DNA of 39,418 nucleotides from an uncultured virus (IMG/VR IMGVR_UViG_3300012954_000006) (Duplodnaviria; Heunggongvirae; Uroviricota; Caudoviricetes): IMG/VR virus record IMGVR_UViG_3300012954_000006; one strand, 5' to 3'. Shown piece by piece: positions 18,122 to 27,147 of this stretch (position 1 is its first letter; each line of letters starts with the position of its first letter). The notes under the pieces were generated by a model. It saw only the letters and a program-made list of their open reading frames with translations, ran no database searches and was not told where the DNA came from. The position numbers and the translations under genes were made by a program.

Positions 18122-19027
18122 TTAATCAGCAAATGTTGATTGCAGTGATTCAATAGCATCAACACAATCCCAATAAGCATTACCCGCCAATAAAACAATA
18201 TGAGTATTTTTGATACCACTATTCGACTCTATCATGAGCTTTATGGTAGTGCCATTATCACACTTAGTTATATAGGCTGTCTTTATTAGTCCATATTTAT
18301 TTGTAAGCGATAGCAATAACTTCATGGTATAACGTAATAAGCGACAGTCATCAAAAATAGCAAGTACGCTTGAAAACAAATTTATTTTCATTGCTAAATT
18401 TTCAATTGCTGACGACCTTGCATTATCAACTACCTCGTCAATATACTCCAAGATTACATTCAATAACAATAATGGCTGTGGATATACCAAGTAAAGTAAA
18501 GGTGTGTTGTTTTTACCTGACAACAAAGATAGTTTCTTAGTGGCAGACAGTAACTCATGTGGTTTATTTTCTATTGTTAAAAATGGATTTAATATAAATT
18601 CCACCAATATATCAGCATCTTTCTGATTAAATACTGTCGAGACTTTCAAGTTATGATTTAACTCTTTTGTCAATATGGCGGTACTTTGTTCACTATAAAA
18701 AAAATTTGTCCGTTCTTGCAACCAACGCATCGCCTGTTCTTCCATTTTTTTCAAATGCAGTTGTGTAGTATCGCTACTAATATCCTCTAATTTATCTAAT
18801 GTGGCGTTCAATAATAGCTGTGCCAACTTAGCTTGCTTCAAAGAATACAAATTATCTTTCTCTGACAATATTCCTCTTGCCTTCAATTGTAGTCTTAAAT
18901 GACGTAATACCATTAAACGCAATCCGTATTCAGATTTTGATAATCCGCTTACCAAAATGCTATTTCCACAACTATCTGTTATGGTGGCTAAAACACCATA
19001 CTTTTCAAATTCTTCGTTCCAATTCAT
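18122..19027 (-). CDS. Hypothetical protein with degenerate histidine kinase (HisKA/HATPase)-like region
   Basis: DDCRLLRYTMKLLLSLTNKYG ~ N-box; IKLMIESNSGI ~ G1 box; ILTKELNHNL ~ H-box without His. Confidence 0.55.
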   Translation of the reverse strand: MNWNEEFEKYGVLATITDSCGNSILVSGLSKSEYGLRLMVLRHLRLQLKARGILSEKDNLYSLKQAKLAQLLLNATLDKLEDISSDTTQLHLKKMEEQAMRWLQERTNFFYSEQSTAILTKELNHNLKVSTVFNQKDADILVEFILNPFLTIENKPHELLSATKKLSLLSGKNNTPLLYLVYPQPLLLLNVILEYIDEVVDNARSSAIENLAMKINLFSSVLAIFDDCRLLRYTMKLLLSLTNKYGLIKTAYITKCDNGTTIKLMIESNSGIKNTHIVLLAGNAYWDCVDAIESLQSTFAD

Positions 19028-19491
19028 GCTTTGTTTTTTTGTTTGTCTTTAATATATTGAATAAAGTCTTGTAATACCAAGTAATAATAATCTGATTTTG
19101 ATTTAGCATGAGTATAACATACTATCTGTTCTTCAATCACTCCCAAGTGTATAATATCTTGCTTATATTTTAAATATAATGGGCTGTATTGATATAGGCA
19201 CTTTGCAATATGTACCATTAACAATTGAGGAGGATTATCGACGCTTTGATACCATTTATTAAATGCCTCAAATTCTTTTGAGGCAAAAAAATCTATAGAT
19301 ACAAACAACATGATAATGTCCGCTGAATTTCGCCGTGCTGCAATAATTTCATGTCTATGCAGCCCTGCTTGTATCATTCCACGATACCAGAAAGAAGGAT
19401 TTACATCGCCCACAGTAACATGTTGTGCTGCCTTTAGAAATTCCAATACTTGCGTATCTTGGTTTTTATTATATTCTATTAATACATTCAT
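19024..19491 (-). CDS. Stand-alone divergent TIR (TIR_2-type) domain protein
   Basis: VLIEY...FWYRGMIQAG...SADIIMLFVSIDFFAS...LLMVHIAKCLYQYSPL follows the bacterial TIR pattern FISY/IWDD..I.PG/ADIILLLVS.DFLAS/IPIILRPC.W..P. Confidence 0.75.
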   Translation of the reverse strand: MNVLIEYNKNQDTQVLEFLKAAQHVTVGDVNPSFWYRGMIQAGLHRHEIIAARRNSADIIMLFVSIDFFASKEFEAFNKWYQSVDNPPQLLMVHIAKCLYQYSPLYLKYKQDIIHLGVIEEQIVCYTHAKSKSDYYYLVLQDFIQYIKDKQKNKA

Positions 19492-19492
19492 T

Positions 19493-20058
19493 TTAAATGT
19501 TTTTATTTAATAATTTTGATTTAATCGCAATAAAAGAATCTACCTCGTAGATGTTGCCAAAATCATAAGGCGTGTCTTTAAACTCTTTCGCATCTACTCT
19601 CCATCTAAAATTAGGATGTTGGTGATTCTGCGCTTCTAACTTTCTATTATAGCAATGCCAAACTCCGAAAAAGGGGTCATGTATTCGTGTTAAACTATTA
19701 TCAATATTATCTACCACAACATAATGAGGCACATCAACAGACACTAGCAATATGATAATATATCCCTGCGATATTAACGTTCTCAATATTTTTGTGTTGC
19801 CATAACTTTGGGTAAAAACATCCGAAGAGAAGAAAAGCCTTTTAAATACTTAACAATTTGCTATTTAGTCGTGCCTGATTTGCTATTCGTTCTTAGCGAT
19901 TCCTCTAAAACAATCTCTGTTGGTAAATTTACTTGTAAGCGAGACAAACACATTCTAACACAGGCACATCCACAAGTATATGCTTTTTCTTGCTTATAAT
20001 AATGAATATAGTTATGTTTCTTTCGCTTTGCGTTTTGCGTTTTTGTTGCTTTTTTCAT
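19493..20058 (-). pseudogene. C39-like cysteine peptidase, interrupted by TAG (19861-19863) and a frameshift near 19841
   Basis: KQEKAYTCGCAC (Cys) in ORF 19861..20082; PHYVVV (His) and IHDPF (Asp) in ORF 19493..19786. Confidence 0.7.
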
Positions 20059-21118
20059 TCTTGTAAATAAGTTTGCCATCAAAATCGTACTCCTTGTAAT
20101 TGTTACAGCCTACACTATTACTTAGTGATGCTCTTATCGTCTTACCTTTGTAAGACAACGAGATACAATTTATATGATATAAAAAAGGTACAATAACCTT
20201 ATTAGACCGTATATCCACTACTCCGCACCTACCTGTTGAAATATCGCAAGCTTTCATGTAATGTCCTGTAAAAATACTCACACTTGCATACCTTATATGT
20301 TCAGATACCAAATGTCCTTTGGTGTTAATTATATTAAAAGTGTCTTTCTTTACTTTGACAACACCATATTCGCCTACAAAACGTTGCGGTACGCTATTCT
20401 TTTCGCAATGATATATAACTTGGTTTTTGCTATTCAGATAATTAAAATTACCGCCGTGTTTTTTGGCTAAAAAATAATTTTCATTACCTATGCGAGTGTT
20501 ATACAACACTTCATACTCAAATGGCATCACGGTTTTTCCATAAACATTAACACCTCCCAAAAGACCATTTTCCTTTACAACTGCAACATCTAGTTTGTCG
20601 TACTTATCCTTGTGCGTAAAATGAGGAGCTACTCGTGTACTACTATTAAATTGCCTTATAACCTGTACGCTGCTATCTGTGTGACCAAACAACAAAGTGT
20701 CATATTCATTGTTACTACTGCTAAAACAACAATGAAACATAGCACCTGCACACCTATAAACATCTTCATAGTCATCTGATATTTGTGTACCTTGCTCATT
20801 CAAGAAACAATAATAACTTCCCTCTTTGTAAGTTTTTCTAGCATAGAAAAATACAACATCTCCTTTGGTAGTGGCGACTATCTGCCTTCTAATGTAGCGA
20901 TACAAAGAACTAATTATTGTTCCATCGAGACACAATGCCATACACTTATCTGTACCATCTAACAGGTCTTGTTGAATATGCACCATGCTATTTTTTTGTT
21001 TTAGCAGCAGTAACTTTCCCCGCTTTTGCAATAGCCTTGCCTCTAAGTCTTTTATCTCACGTTTAAGGCATTTTATTTCATTACTTAACATACTCAAAAG
21101 TCGCTTTAGTGCCATCAA
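20012..21118 (-). CDS. WG-repeat-like protein with N-terminal coiled coil
   Basis: KENGLLGGVNVYGKTVMPFEYE, GRCGVVDIRSNKVIVPFLY, FNIINTKGHLV repeats. Confidence 0.75.
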   Translation of the reverse strand: MMALKRLLSMLSNEIKCLKREIKDLEARLLQKRGKLLLLKQKNSMVHIQQDLLDGTDKCMALCLDGTIISSLYRYIRRQIVATTKGDVVFFYARKTYKEGSYYCFLNEQGTQISDDYEDVYRCAGAMFHCCFSSSNNEYDTLLFGHTDSSVQVIRQFNSSTRVAPHFTHKDKYDKLDVAVVKENGLLGGVNVYGKTVMPFEYEVLYNTRIGNENYFLAKKHGGNFNYLNSKNQVIYHCEKNSVPQRFVGEYGVVKVKKDTFNIINTKGHLVSEHIRYASVSIFTGHYMKACDISTGRCGVVDIRSNKVIVPFLYHINCISLSYKGKTIRASLSNSVGCNNYKEYDFDGKLIYKNEKSNKNAKRKAKET

Positions 21119-22439
21119 AGATTTTAAGACGAGGTAAGTGGGTATAAAGGAAGTCCTTTTCTTCTGTACTAATACTACTATTTTTCACATACAATGCATC
21201 TAAGTTTTTTGCCGAAGCCAAGCAAAGAATATTAATAATATTACTATTGTTGTTTAGGTACAGCTTTTTTAAGGCGATAGCTTGTGATAACGGCCGTGTG
21301 TCAATGGTATTTATTTTTAGGCTATTCAAATCCAATGTCATCAAAAATGGCAGCGACTTAATTGGTGTTAAATCTGCTACTTTGGTACGGTCTAGCTCTA
21401 GTTGTCGCAACTTTCCAAGTTCACTCAACACTTCAATATCCGATAATGGACACATAGATATATTTAAATATTCTAGCATCAGGCAATTCTGAATAGCAGT
21501 AATGTTTGTGATGTCGCTATCACATATCAACAACCTTTTCAATGATGTTAGATTTGCCAAAAAGCTTACATCTGTACATTGGGCATATTCATCAATATGG
21601 GTAATACTTAAACTTTGCAATTGCGTGAGTTTTCCAATGACAGACAATTGGTTAGCGGTACATTGACTAACTACCAAATTTTTCAACTTAGGTAGCGTTG
21701 TTAGAAAACTGTAATCAACGATAAATGTACCGAAAATATCCAATGTAACCAAGTTTTTCAAGTGGGCAAGAAAGCTAGTATCTGCTATGTCAAAATCGCT
21801 AATTGTCAAATTTTTAAGCTGTTTCATTACTGGTAATAGCTCATAGAGCTTATCTAGTGACATATCACAACCGCTAAAGTTAGCTGCTCGCACATTAGAC
21901 AAATATGACTTTAAGTCCGAGGCATCAACTGTGTCAGCATTAGGTAAATCTGCATAATAAAAAACGCCATCAGACAATGCCTGTTCAAAATACTTACTAG
22001 AATATGTCGGTGTATTCATGTTTCTTTGAATTTTTATTTTTTGATTTTCTACTGCTTTTTCTACCCAAGTAGGGTACTGTAAGTCTTGTAACATTCTTTT
22101 AAACTCAATGCTACCTAATTCGCCAGAGGCACGGTCACCCGCCCATGTCTTGATGTTTAAGTCTAAGGTGGCTTTTGCTTGCAAGTATTTTTCTAACAAT
22201 GCGATTTCACTACAAGCCTTTTTAATACCGAAGCTTTCATAATGATATAATGCTTCTATGGCTGTTACGCCATCTGGAGTAGTTTTCCAGTTGTCTGTAA
22301 ATGACATTCTGCCAGAGCAGCTATTTCCTTTTTTGTAATGCAATAACCAAACGTCCAATTTTTGATATAGGCGTTGGATTGTTTTTCTTTTTTTTCTATT
22401 TGCCATGCTATTGTTTGTATGTTTCAAACTGCTTATCAC
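21081..22439 (-). CDS. Internalin-type leucine-rich repeat protein
   Basis: ~22 aa repeats such as LANLTSLKRLLICDSDITNITAI and LSELGKLRQLELDRTKVADLTPI; start possibly 22406. Confidence 0.85.
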   Translation of the reverse strand: MISSLKHTNNSMANRKKRKTIQRLYQKLDVWLLHYKKGNSCSGRMSFTDNWKTTPDGVTAIEALYHYESFGIKKACSEIALLEKYLQAKATLDLNIKTWAGDRASGELGSIEFKRMLQDLQYPTWVEKAVENQKIKIQRNMNTPTYSSKYFEQALSDGVFYYADLPNADTVDASDLKSYLSNVRAANFSGCDMSLDKLYELLPVMKQLKNLTISDFDIADTSFLAHLKNLVTLDIFGTFIVDYSFLTTLPKLKNLVVSQCTANQLSVIGKLTQLQSLSITHIDEYAQCTDVSFLANLTSLKRLLICDSDITNITAIQNCLMLEYLNISMCPLSDIEVLSELGKLRQLELDRTKVADLTPIKSLPFLMTLDLNSLKINTIDTRPLSQAIALKKLYLNNNSNIINILCLASAKNLDALYVKNSSISTEEKDFLYTHLPRLKIFDGTKATFEYVK

Positions 22440-23106
22440 TTTGAAAACAGTCTTTATTTTGGGTTAAATAATATTTGTTATTATTAGCTAACTCTCCAGT
22501 AGTAGTAATAACCTGTACATTGGTGTTAAGTTTCTTGACAGCAATAAGAAGCTTACTTCGTACAGTTATATCTCCAATAACATCAATATTATCAAGCAAT
22601 AGTAAAGTGTTCTGGTGTTGTTGTAAATATACTGTCAAAAGCACTATCAAAACCTGTTTCAACAATGTTGGCAATTGATAAGCATTTTGAATTTTGTGAT
22701 TGATTAGTCCTCGAAAAACAAGCCTATTAAAATGAATGACTGCTATTACGTTAGAGGCATCAAAAATGTCATTTATCTGTTCTATCAAAATAGACCTATT
22801 GACTGTCGATACTGCTCTACCAAAAGCATGAAGTAATTTTCTTAATGAATTATTTGGCTCTATCAGTCCAAGTGTCAAGCGGTGCATGTTAAATGCACCA
22901 GTAGTCTTGATTTTGATGTTTGCAATAGCATTTAGGTAGGCTCTCTGTTGAGCAATTGGCTCAAAATAGTTTTCTATCAAATCTAACAATAACGAGTTTT
23001 CAACATTACTATTGCCTACATATACTTTTATACGACTAATTTGCGTATTGTTAAACAGATAGTTTGATTGAGGAAAACCATCAATTTGTATCTCTTTTAT
23101 ATGCAC
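22408..23106 (-). CDS. Degenerate AAA_15/AAA_21-type ABC ATPase
   Basis: MHIKEIQIDGF start; VYVGNSNVENSLLLDLI (Walker A lacking GK); LLLLDNID (Walker B E to N); QVITTTGE (H-loop His lost). Confidence 0.75.
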   Translation of the reverse strand: MHIKEIQIDGFPQSNYLFNNTQISRIKVYVGNSNVENSLLLDLIENYFEPIAQQRAYLNAIANIKIKTTGAFNMHRLTLGLIEPNNSLRKLLHAFGRAVSTVNRSILIEQINDIFDASNVIAVIHFNRLVFRGLINHKIQNAYQLPTLLKQVLIVLLTVYLQQHQNTLLLLDNIDVIGDITVRSKLLIAVKKLNTNVQVITTTGELANNNKYYLTQNKDCFQSDKQFETYKQ

Positions 23107-23108
23107 AA

Positions 23109-23523
23109 TTATTTTTTTAGATGTAAATAAGATAGTAGTGCTGTACCTGCTATTTGTTTCTCCCAGTCCATAGGAATACCATAGGTAGCAGCATAACGTA
23201 AACGAACAGCAGACCCATCAGGTGTATTGTCAGTACAAGTCCAGCCACCGTCAAACAAGTAATTCCACGCAGCCAATTCGCTATTTCCGATAGCCACTTG
23301 AGACCAAGCAATTAAATGTTTCTTATCTGCTTCTTCACAATATCCCAAATCAAAACAATGCGTAATGATACTTCCACTACCATGTGTTTCCATAGTTATC
23401 ATATTCTCCCCTTATCATAGAGGCGTGACATATCAAAAGCCTCTTGCGGAATAGTATCTAAACGTTTTACCATTTTTAATAAAAAATCAGCATTTAAAAC
23501 CGAAGCTGTATTAAAATATCCAT
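23109..23523 (-). pseudogene. Hypothetical phage protein apparently broken by two 1-bp homopolymer deletions
   Basis: MDI/FNTASVLNADFLLKMVKRLDTIPQEAFDMSRLYDKG/ENMITMETHG...WNYLFDGGW...DNTP joins across frames. Confidence 0.55.
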
Positions 23524-23552
23524 TTTTTTTTAGTTATGATTAATATTTGTAT

Positions 23553-23906
23553 TTAAATTTTCAATTCCCAGCCACAGACGAGATGCTCTATCGCATCTTC
23601 ATAATCGTAAAATTGATGATATTCCACATTGCTATAGTTGTCATTGCAGATTAGCTCATTTAATTTGATAGCATCTAATCGCTCTGCCTTTCCTTTCTTA
23701 CTGAACTGCTTTACTTCAAGCACCACACTATCAGGGTCATCACAACCTTCTATATCTATACCTACTATTAAGCGAGCCAACCAAAAACAACGCACATCTA
23801 CACAAACAAAGAACCTAGAATTTTTATCTATGTCTAGTTGATAGGTCTTTGCGGTTCTCAAAACTACGGTTGTTATTTCTGTATATACTCCGAATTTATA
23901 TGCCAT
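23553..23906 (-). CDS. Hypothetical protein
   Basis: 117 aa ORF in operon. Confidence 0.7.
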   Translation of the reverse strand: MAYKFGVYTEITTVVLRTAKTYQLDIDKNSRFFVCVDVRCFWLARLIVGIDIEGCDDPDSVVLEVKQFSKKGKAERLDAIKLNELICNDNYSNVEYHQFYDYEDAIEHLVCGWELKI

Positions 23907-23920
23907 GATAATTTATTGTA

Positions 23921-24184
23921 TTAAAATTTTTTATTGACAACCATTTCAATAATGGCAGCATCGAACTCGTCATCTGCTTTGGTTTTCCAAAAAGAGATGC
24001 CTTGATAGGCATATCCTTTTGTTTTACAATGCCCTTTCATATCATGCTCGATAGCTGCTTTATCTGTGCTATCGGTGTATGTCCCAATCGCTCTTGCTTG
24101 ACCTTCGTTACTGACATTTAATCGAAACCATAAGGCATAACCATCAAAAGCGGTGGAGGCGTATTTTCTAGTGTATTCTTCCAT
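23921..24184 (-). CDS. Hypothetical protein
   Basis: 87 aa ORF in operon. Confidence 0.7.
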   Translation of the reverse strand: MEEYTRKYASTAFDGYALWFRLNVSNEGQARAIGTYTDSTDKAAIEHDMKGHCKTKGYAYQGISFWKTKADDEFDAAIIEMVVNKKF

Positions 24185-24186
24185 GA

Positions 24187-24855
24187 TTAGAAAGTCTTAA
24201 GTTTATTTAGTAATGATAATATTTCGCTATATGGCATACTTAAATCCTTAGCAATATCTTGAGCTTTACGCATATAAAACATAGCTTGGTCGTCATCTTC
24301 GCCAGCATAATTATTGCGTACCTTATTGAGCCAATATTTGATGTTTTCGCCAGACTCTGTTCCAAGAGCGTGAATAGCATCAAAATTAGCTATAACATCA
24401 CTCAATAAAGTGCGTGGAATTACTACCGTTTCTAGCTTTTTATTACTGTTGGCCGCATTGCCAAATATTTTAAGATACCCATCTGCATAAGTATAACGTA
24501 AAATCTCTTTTATTTCAATGTGTATAATGCCTCCACCATCATCCTCAATATATTCTAGCGTTGGCTGCTGACCTTCCCATTGATGAGATAAGTAATAATG
24601 TTGTACCGATTCCACAATATCTTCTTCACTCTCATCACTATGTACCAAATACTCCATAGGGTCATATCCTGTGTGTATCGTTACTAAATACAAAGGATTT
24701 TCATTGTTCATATCAATAAGATGGTCACTACCATCAACAGGTGCAGCATTAGGTTTTAAGGTATTCCATTTTAGCAACTTGATTTTATTTTCCCTTCTTT
24801 CTAATTCAGCCTTGAGTGCTTGCGTATCAATGTTTGATAAATCCATTATTGTCAT
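24187..24855 (-). CDS. Hypothetical protein
   Basis: 222 aa ORF. Confidence 0.75.
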   Translation of the reverse strand: MTIMDLSNIDTQALKAELERRENKIKLLKWNTLKPNAAPVDGSDHLIDMNNENPLYLVTIHTGYDPMEYLVHSDESEEDIVESVQHYYLSHQWEGQQPTLEYIEDDGGGIIHIEIKEILRYTYADGYLKIFGNAANSNKKLETVVIPRTLLSDVIANFDAIHALGTESGENIKYWLNKVRNNYAGEDDDQAMFYMRKAQDIAKDLSMPYSEILSLLNKLKTF

Positions 24856-25216
24856 TTTGTGTAGTTAGAAAATAAAGCTTTGATGGTAGTCCATCAATAA
24901 CAATGTATTGAGCCATTTCGCAAGACATGTTGCTTACAGCACTATAATACAAGCTACCTGCCATTCGGGGTTTTATTTTGCTTTTACGATATTGTCGTGC
25001 AATGCGTCTAGTAGATAGCCACAATCCTAAATGACGACTTTTAAAGGCATAGTGACCAAATGTATCAAAAGCCTGTGGCAAATCAAATATAGCCATGTCA
25101 TAAAGATAGGTTTGTGCTTTTTGATAATTACTACTAGAACATTTGCAAGTGTTTTGGGCAGATAGCGACAAGGATAATAAAGTCGCTATCAGAAAAAAGT
25201 AAATGTTTTTCTTCAT
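24827..25216 (-). CDS. Putative secreted protein, paralog of 25216..25596
   Basis: Signal peptide MKKNIYFFLIATLLSLSLSAQ. Confidence 0.75.
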   Translation of the reverse strand: MKKNIYFFLIATLLSLSLSAQNTCKCSSSNYQKAQTYLYDMAIFDLPQAFDTFGHYAFKSRHLGLWLSTRRIARQYRKSKIKPRMAGSLYYSAVSNMSCEMAQYIVIDGLPSKLYFLTTQNDNNGFIKH

Positions 25217-25596
25217 TATTTTATAGTTGAATTTAAGTAAAATAAATTACAGTTATTTTCATGTGTCACAATGGAGCGTTGCAAAGCCTCACTCATATCC
25301 CCTAATACGATGTTCAAAAAATGACTAGATATTCTTTCATGGCAAGCATCAAAATTTTCCTTATCGCAATTCGAGTAGTAACGCAATTGCTTTCTAGTAT
25401 CTCTTGCCTTCTTTTTTTCGCCTGCGTCTTTTTGACATTTAGCGAGCGTTTTCATGGCAGCAGGTAAACTGTGGAATGCCCTATCTAATATTACAGTTTG
25501 AGCGGTTTTACCGTTTTTTGTAAGGATTGAATTTGTTTGTGCAGCAACATCGACACTACATAAACACACTAATCCAATTAAAATTTTCTTCAACAT
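25216..25596 (-). CDS. Putative secreted protein
   Basis: Signal peptide MLKKILIGLVCLCSVDVAAQ. Confidence 0.75.
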   Translation of the reverse strand: MLKKILIGLVCLCSVDVAAQTNSILTKNGKTAQTVILDRAFHSLPAAMKTLAKCQKDAGEKKKARDTRKQLRYYSNCDKENFDACHERISSHFLNIVLGDMSEALQRSIVTHENNCNLFYLNSTIK

Positions 25597-25607
25597 AATT
25601 TCTTTTT

Positions 25608-26159
25608 TTATCTATCGCCAACGATTAAGTCCCCAGCACAAGTAATATTACCTTCAACACAATTTTTTCTGAAAATAACTTTAGAAGTTTCCGAACCTTG
25701 AAAACAAATATTATCGTGACCTTCAATATTTTGCTTATTGTTTACCGTAATATTTGATTTGCTTATTGCAAAACTGCCATTAGATGAAACACCACTAGCA
25801 AAAACAATACCATGCCCTACATCAACAGACTTTGTAAATCTTGCTACATCTGCAAAGACACATTTGTCTCCGATAACAGCAGTATCGTTAAAAATGGACG
25901 TGCTTAAAAAATTACAACTCGCTCCTACTGTTGCACTTTTCTCAAAAGTAACAGACTGCTCAAAAGTGGTGTTGCTTCCAAAGGTAGCCTTTCCTCTAAA
26001 AGTAAGACGGTTATTGCCTTTTAGTTTGATATTGTTTCCGAACACAACATTGCCTACAATAAAAACCAAGTGATAGTCTGTATTTGCAGGAGCTACAATC
26101 GTTTCGTTCTTGTCTCTAGGCAATTCATTGAACTCTTTTTGATAAATTGTTCTTCTCAT
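25608..26159 (-). CDS. Beta-helix (hexapeptide-like repeat) protein
   Basis: Periodic repeats ATFGSNTTFEQSVTFEKSATVGASCNF. Confidence 0.7.
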   Translation of the reverse strand: MRRTIYQKEFNELPRDKNETIVAPANTDYHLVFIVGNVVFGNNIKLKGNNRLTFRGKATFGSNTTFEQSVTFEKSATVGASCNFLSTSIFNDTAVIGDKCVFADVARFTKSVDVGHGIVFASGVSSNGSFAISKSNITVNNKQNIEGHDNICFQGSETSKVIFRKNCVEGNITCAGDLIVGDR

Positions 26160-26187
26160 TATGATTATATTTTATAACGAATAATAG

Positions 26188-26218
26188 CAAAGATAATAAG
26201 TTTTTTGATTTTTTCACA
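26188..26218 (-). promoter_or_regulatory. Bacteroidota-type promoter
   Basis: TGTG-N19-TATCTTTG; same arrangement at 37002-37032. Confidence 0.65.
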
Positions 26219-26283
26219 TTTATTGCACAAAAAAAATGGCAAAAATACTAGAAAGCATCCTTGCTATTTCCTAAAGTCTCTTT

Positions 26284-26335
26284 TTGCGTAGCGTCAGTAG
26301 TAACTATAAATATAGTTGAAAATGATGCTACGCAA
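26284..26335. repeat. Hairpin repeat family B, copy 2
   Basis: TTGCGTAGCGTCAGTAGT-AACTATAAATATAGTT-GAAAATGATGCTACGCAA; contains the TAG stop of 26328..27050. Confidence 0.9.
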
Positions 26336-27050
26336 GTTTATGATTGGTAAATTTGTATTTCTCGCCTTTTCGATATACATAACTTTCTAACAACTTAGTT
26401 TGCATATTGCCTTTATAGCGATGTATTTTAAAAGATAACTCCTTAGTGTGCTTGTTTCTTTTAGCATAAATAACCACTGCCTTACGAGCCATTTTCATTT
26501 TGCAAAACCCAAACGCCTCATTAACATCATTCACCAATTGATGATGTTCATTGAGATATGTATTACCATTTACTTGAATGACTAGCGACTTAGTGTCTTG
26601 TGCATCATCCAAATAGAATATGGAGTTTACCGAGTGTAACTCTTTTTCATCCTCGTTGCTATGAGATTTATGGTAGATGTCAAAACGAACAGCGTGTTCA
26701 ACATTAGTTTTAATTAGCCATTCAGCACATCTATCTTCTGACAAAATTGGATGCCAAATGCCTTTAATTCTAATAGGATAGTGGTTCGCTTTATAGCTAG
26801 TAATAAACTGTCCTTTTTCATTCAAATAAAGCATTTCATCGCTACCTAATGACATTTCAGTATTTACTGCACCTGCTAATACTAACTTAGTATTGCTATA
26901 CTCATAAGCTATTACAATACCTAATTTTACAGCTTTTTTACAAAGCTTTTGACTAACCTTATGCCCTTTGCCATATCCGGTACCTTTAATACTAAAAGAA
27001 GATTCTATTTCCTTTGCAAAGCGTTCTAATATTTGTTGTCTTTTATTCAT
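26328..27050 (-). CDS. Hypothetical phage protein
   Basis: 240 aa ORF. Confidence 0.75.
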   Translation of the reverse strand: MNKRQQILERFAKEIESSFSIKGTGYGKGHKVSQKLCKKAVKLGIVIAYEYSNTKLVLAGAVNTEMSLGSDEMLYLNEKGQFITSYKANHYPIRIKGIWHPILSEDRCAEWLIKTNVEHAVRFDIYHKSHSNEDEKELHSVNSIFYLDDAQDTKSLVIQVNGNTYLNEHHQLVNDVNEAFGFCKMKMARKAVVIYAKRNKHTKELSFKIHRYKGNMQTKLLESYVYRKGEKYKFTNHKLA

Positions 27051-27147
27051 TTTATGTATATAATTTAAAATACTTAGGCAAACACCGTAAAACCTTCTAT
27101 TAAAAAATTGGTATCTAAGTTTGCTTTCAACTTCACTTCTCTGTGTT

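Noticed and set aside
19024..23106. Intact host-type defence island (Thoeris/PARIS/Septu)
   Set aside because: Catalytic motifs are degenerate and partner effector genes are absent.
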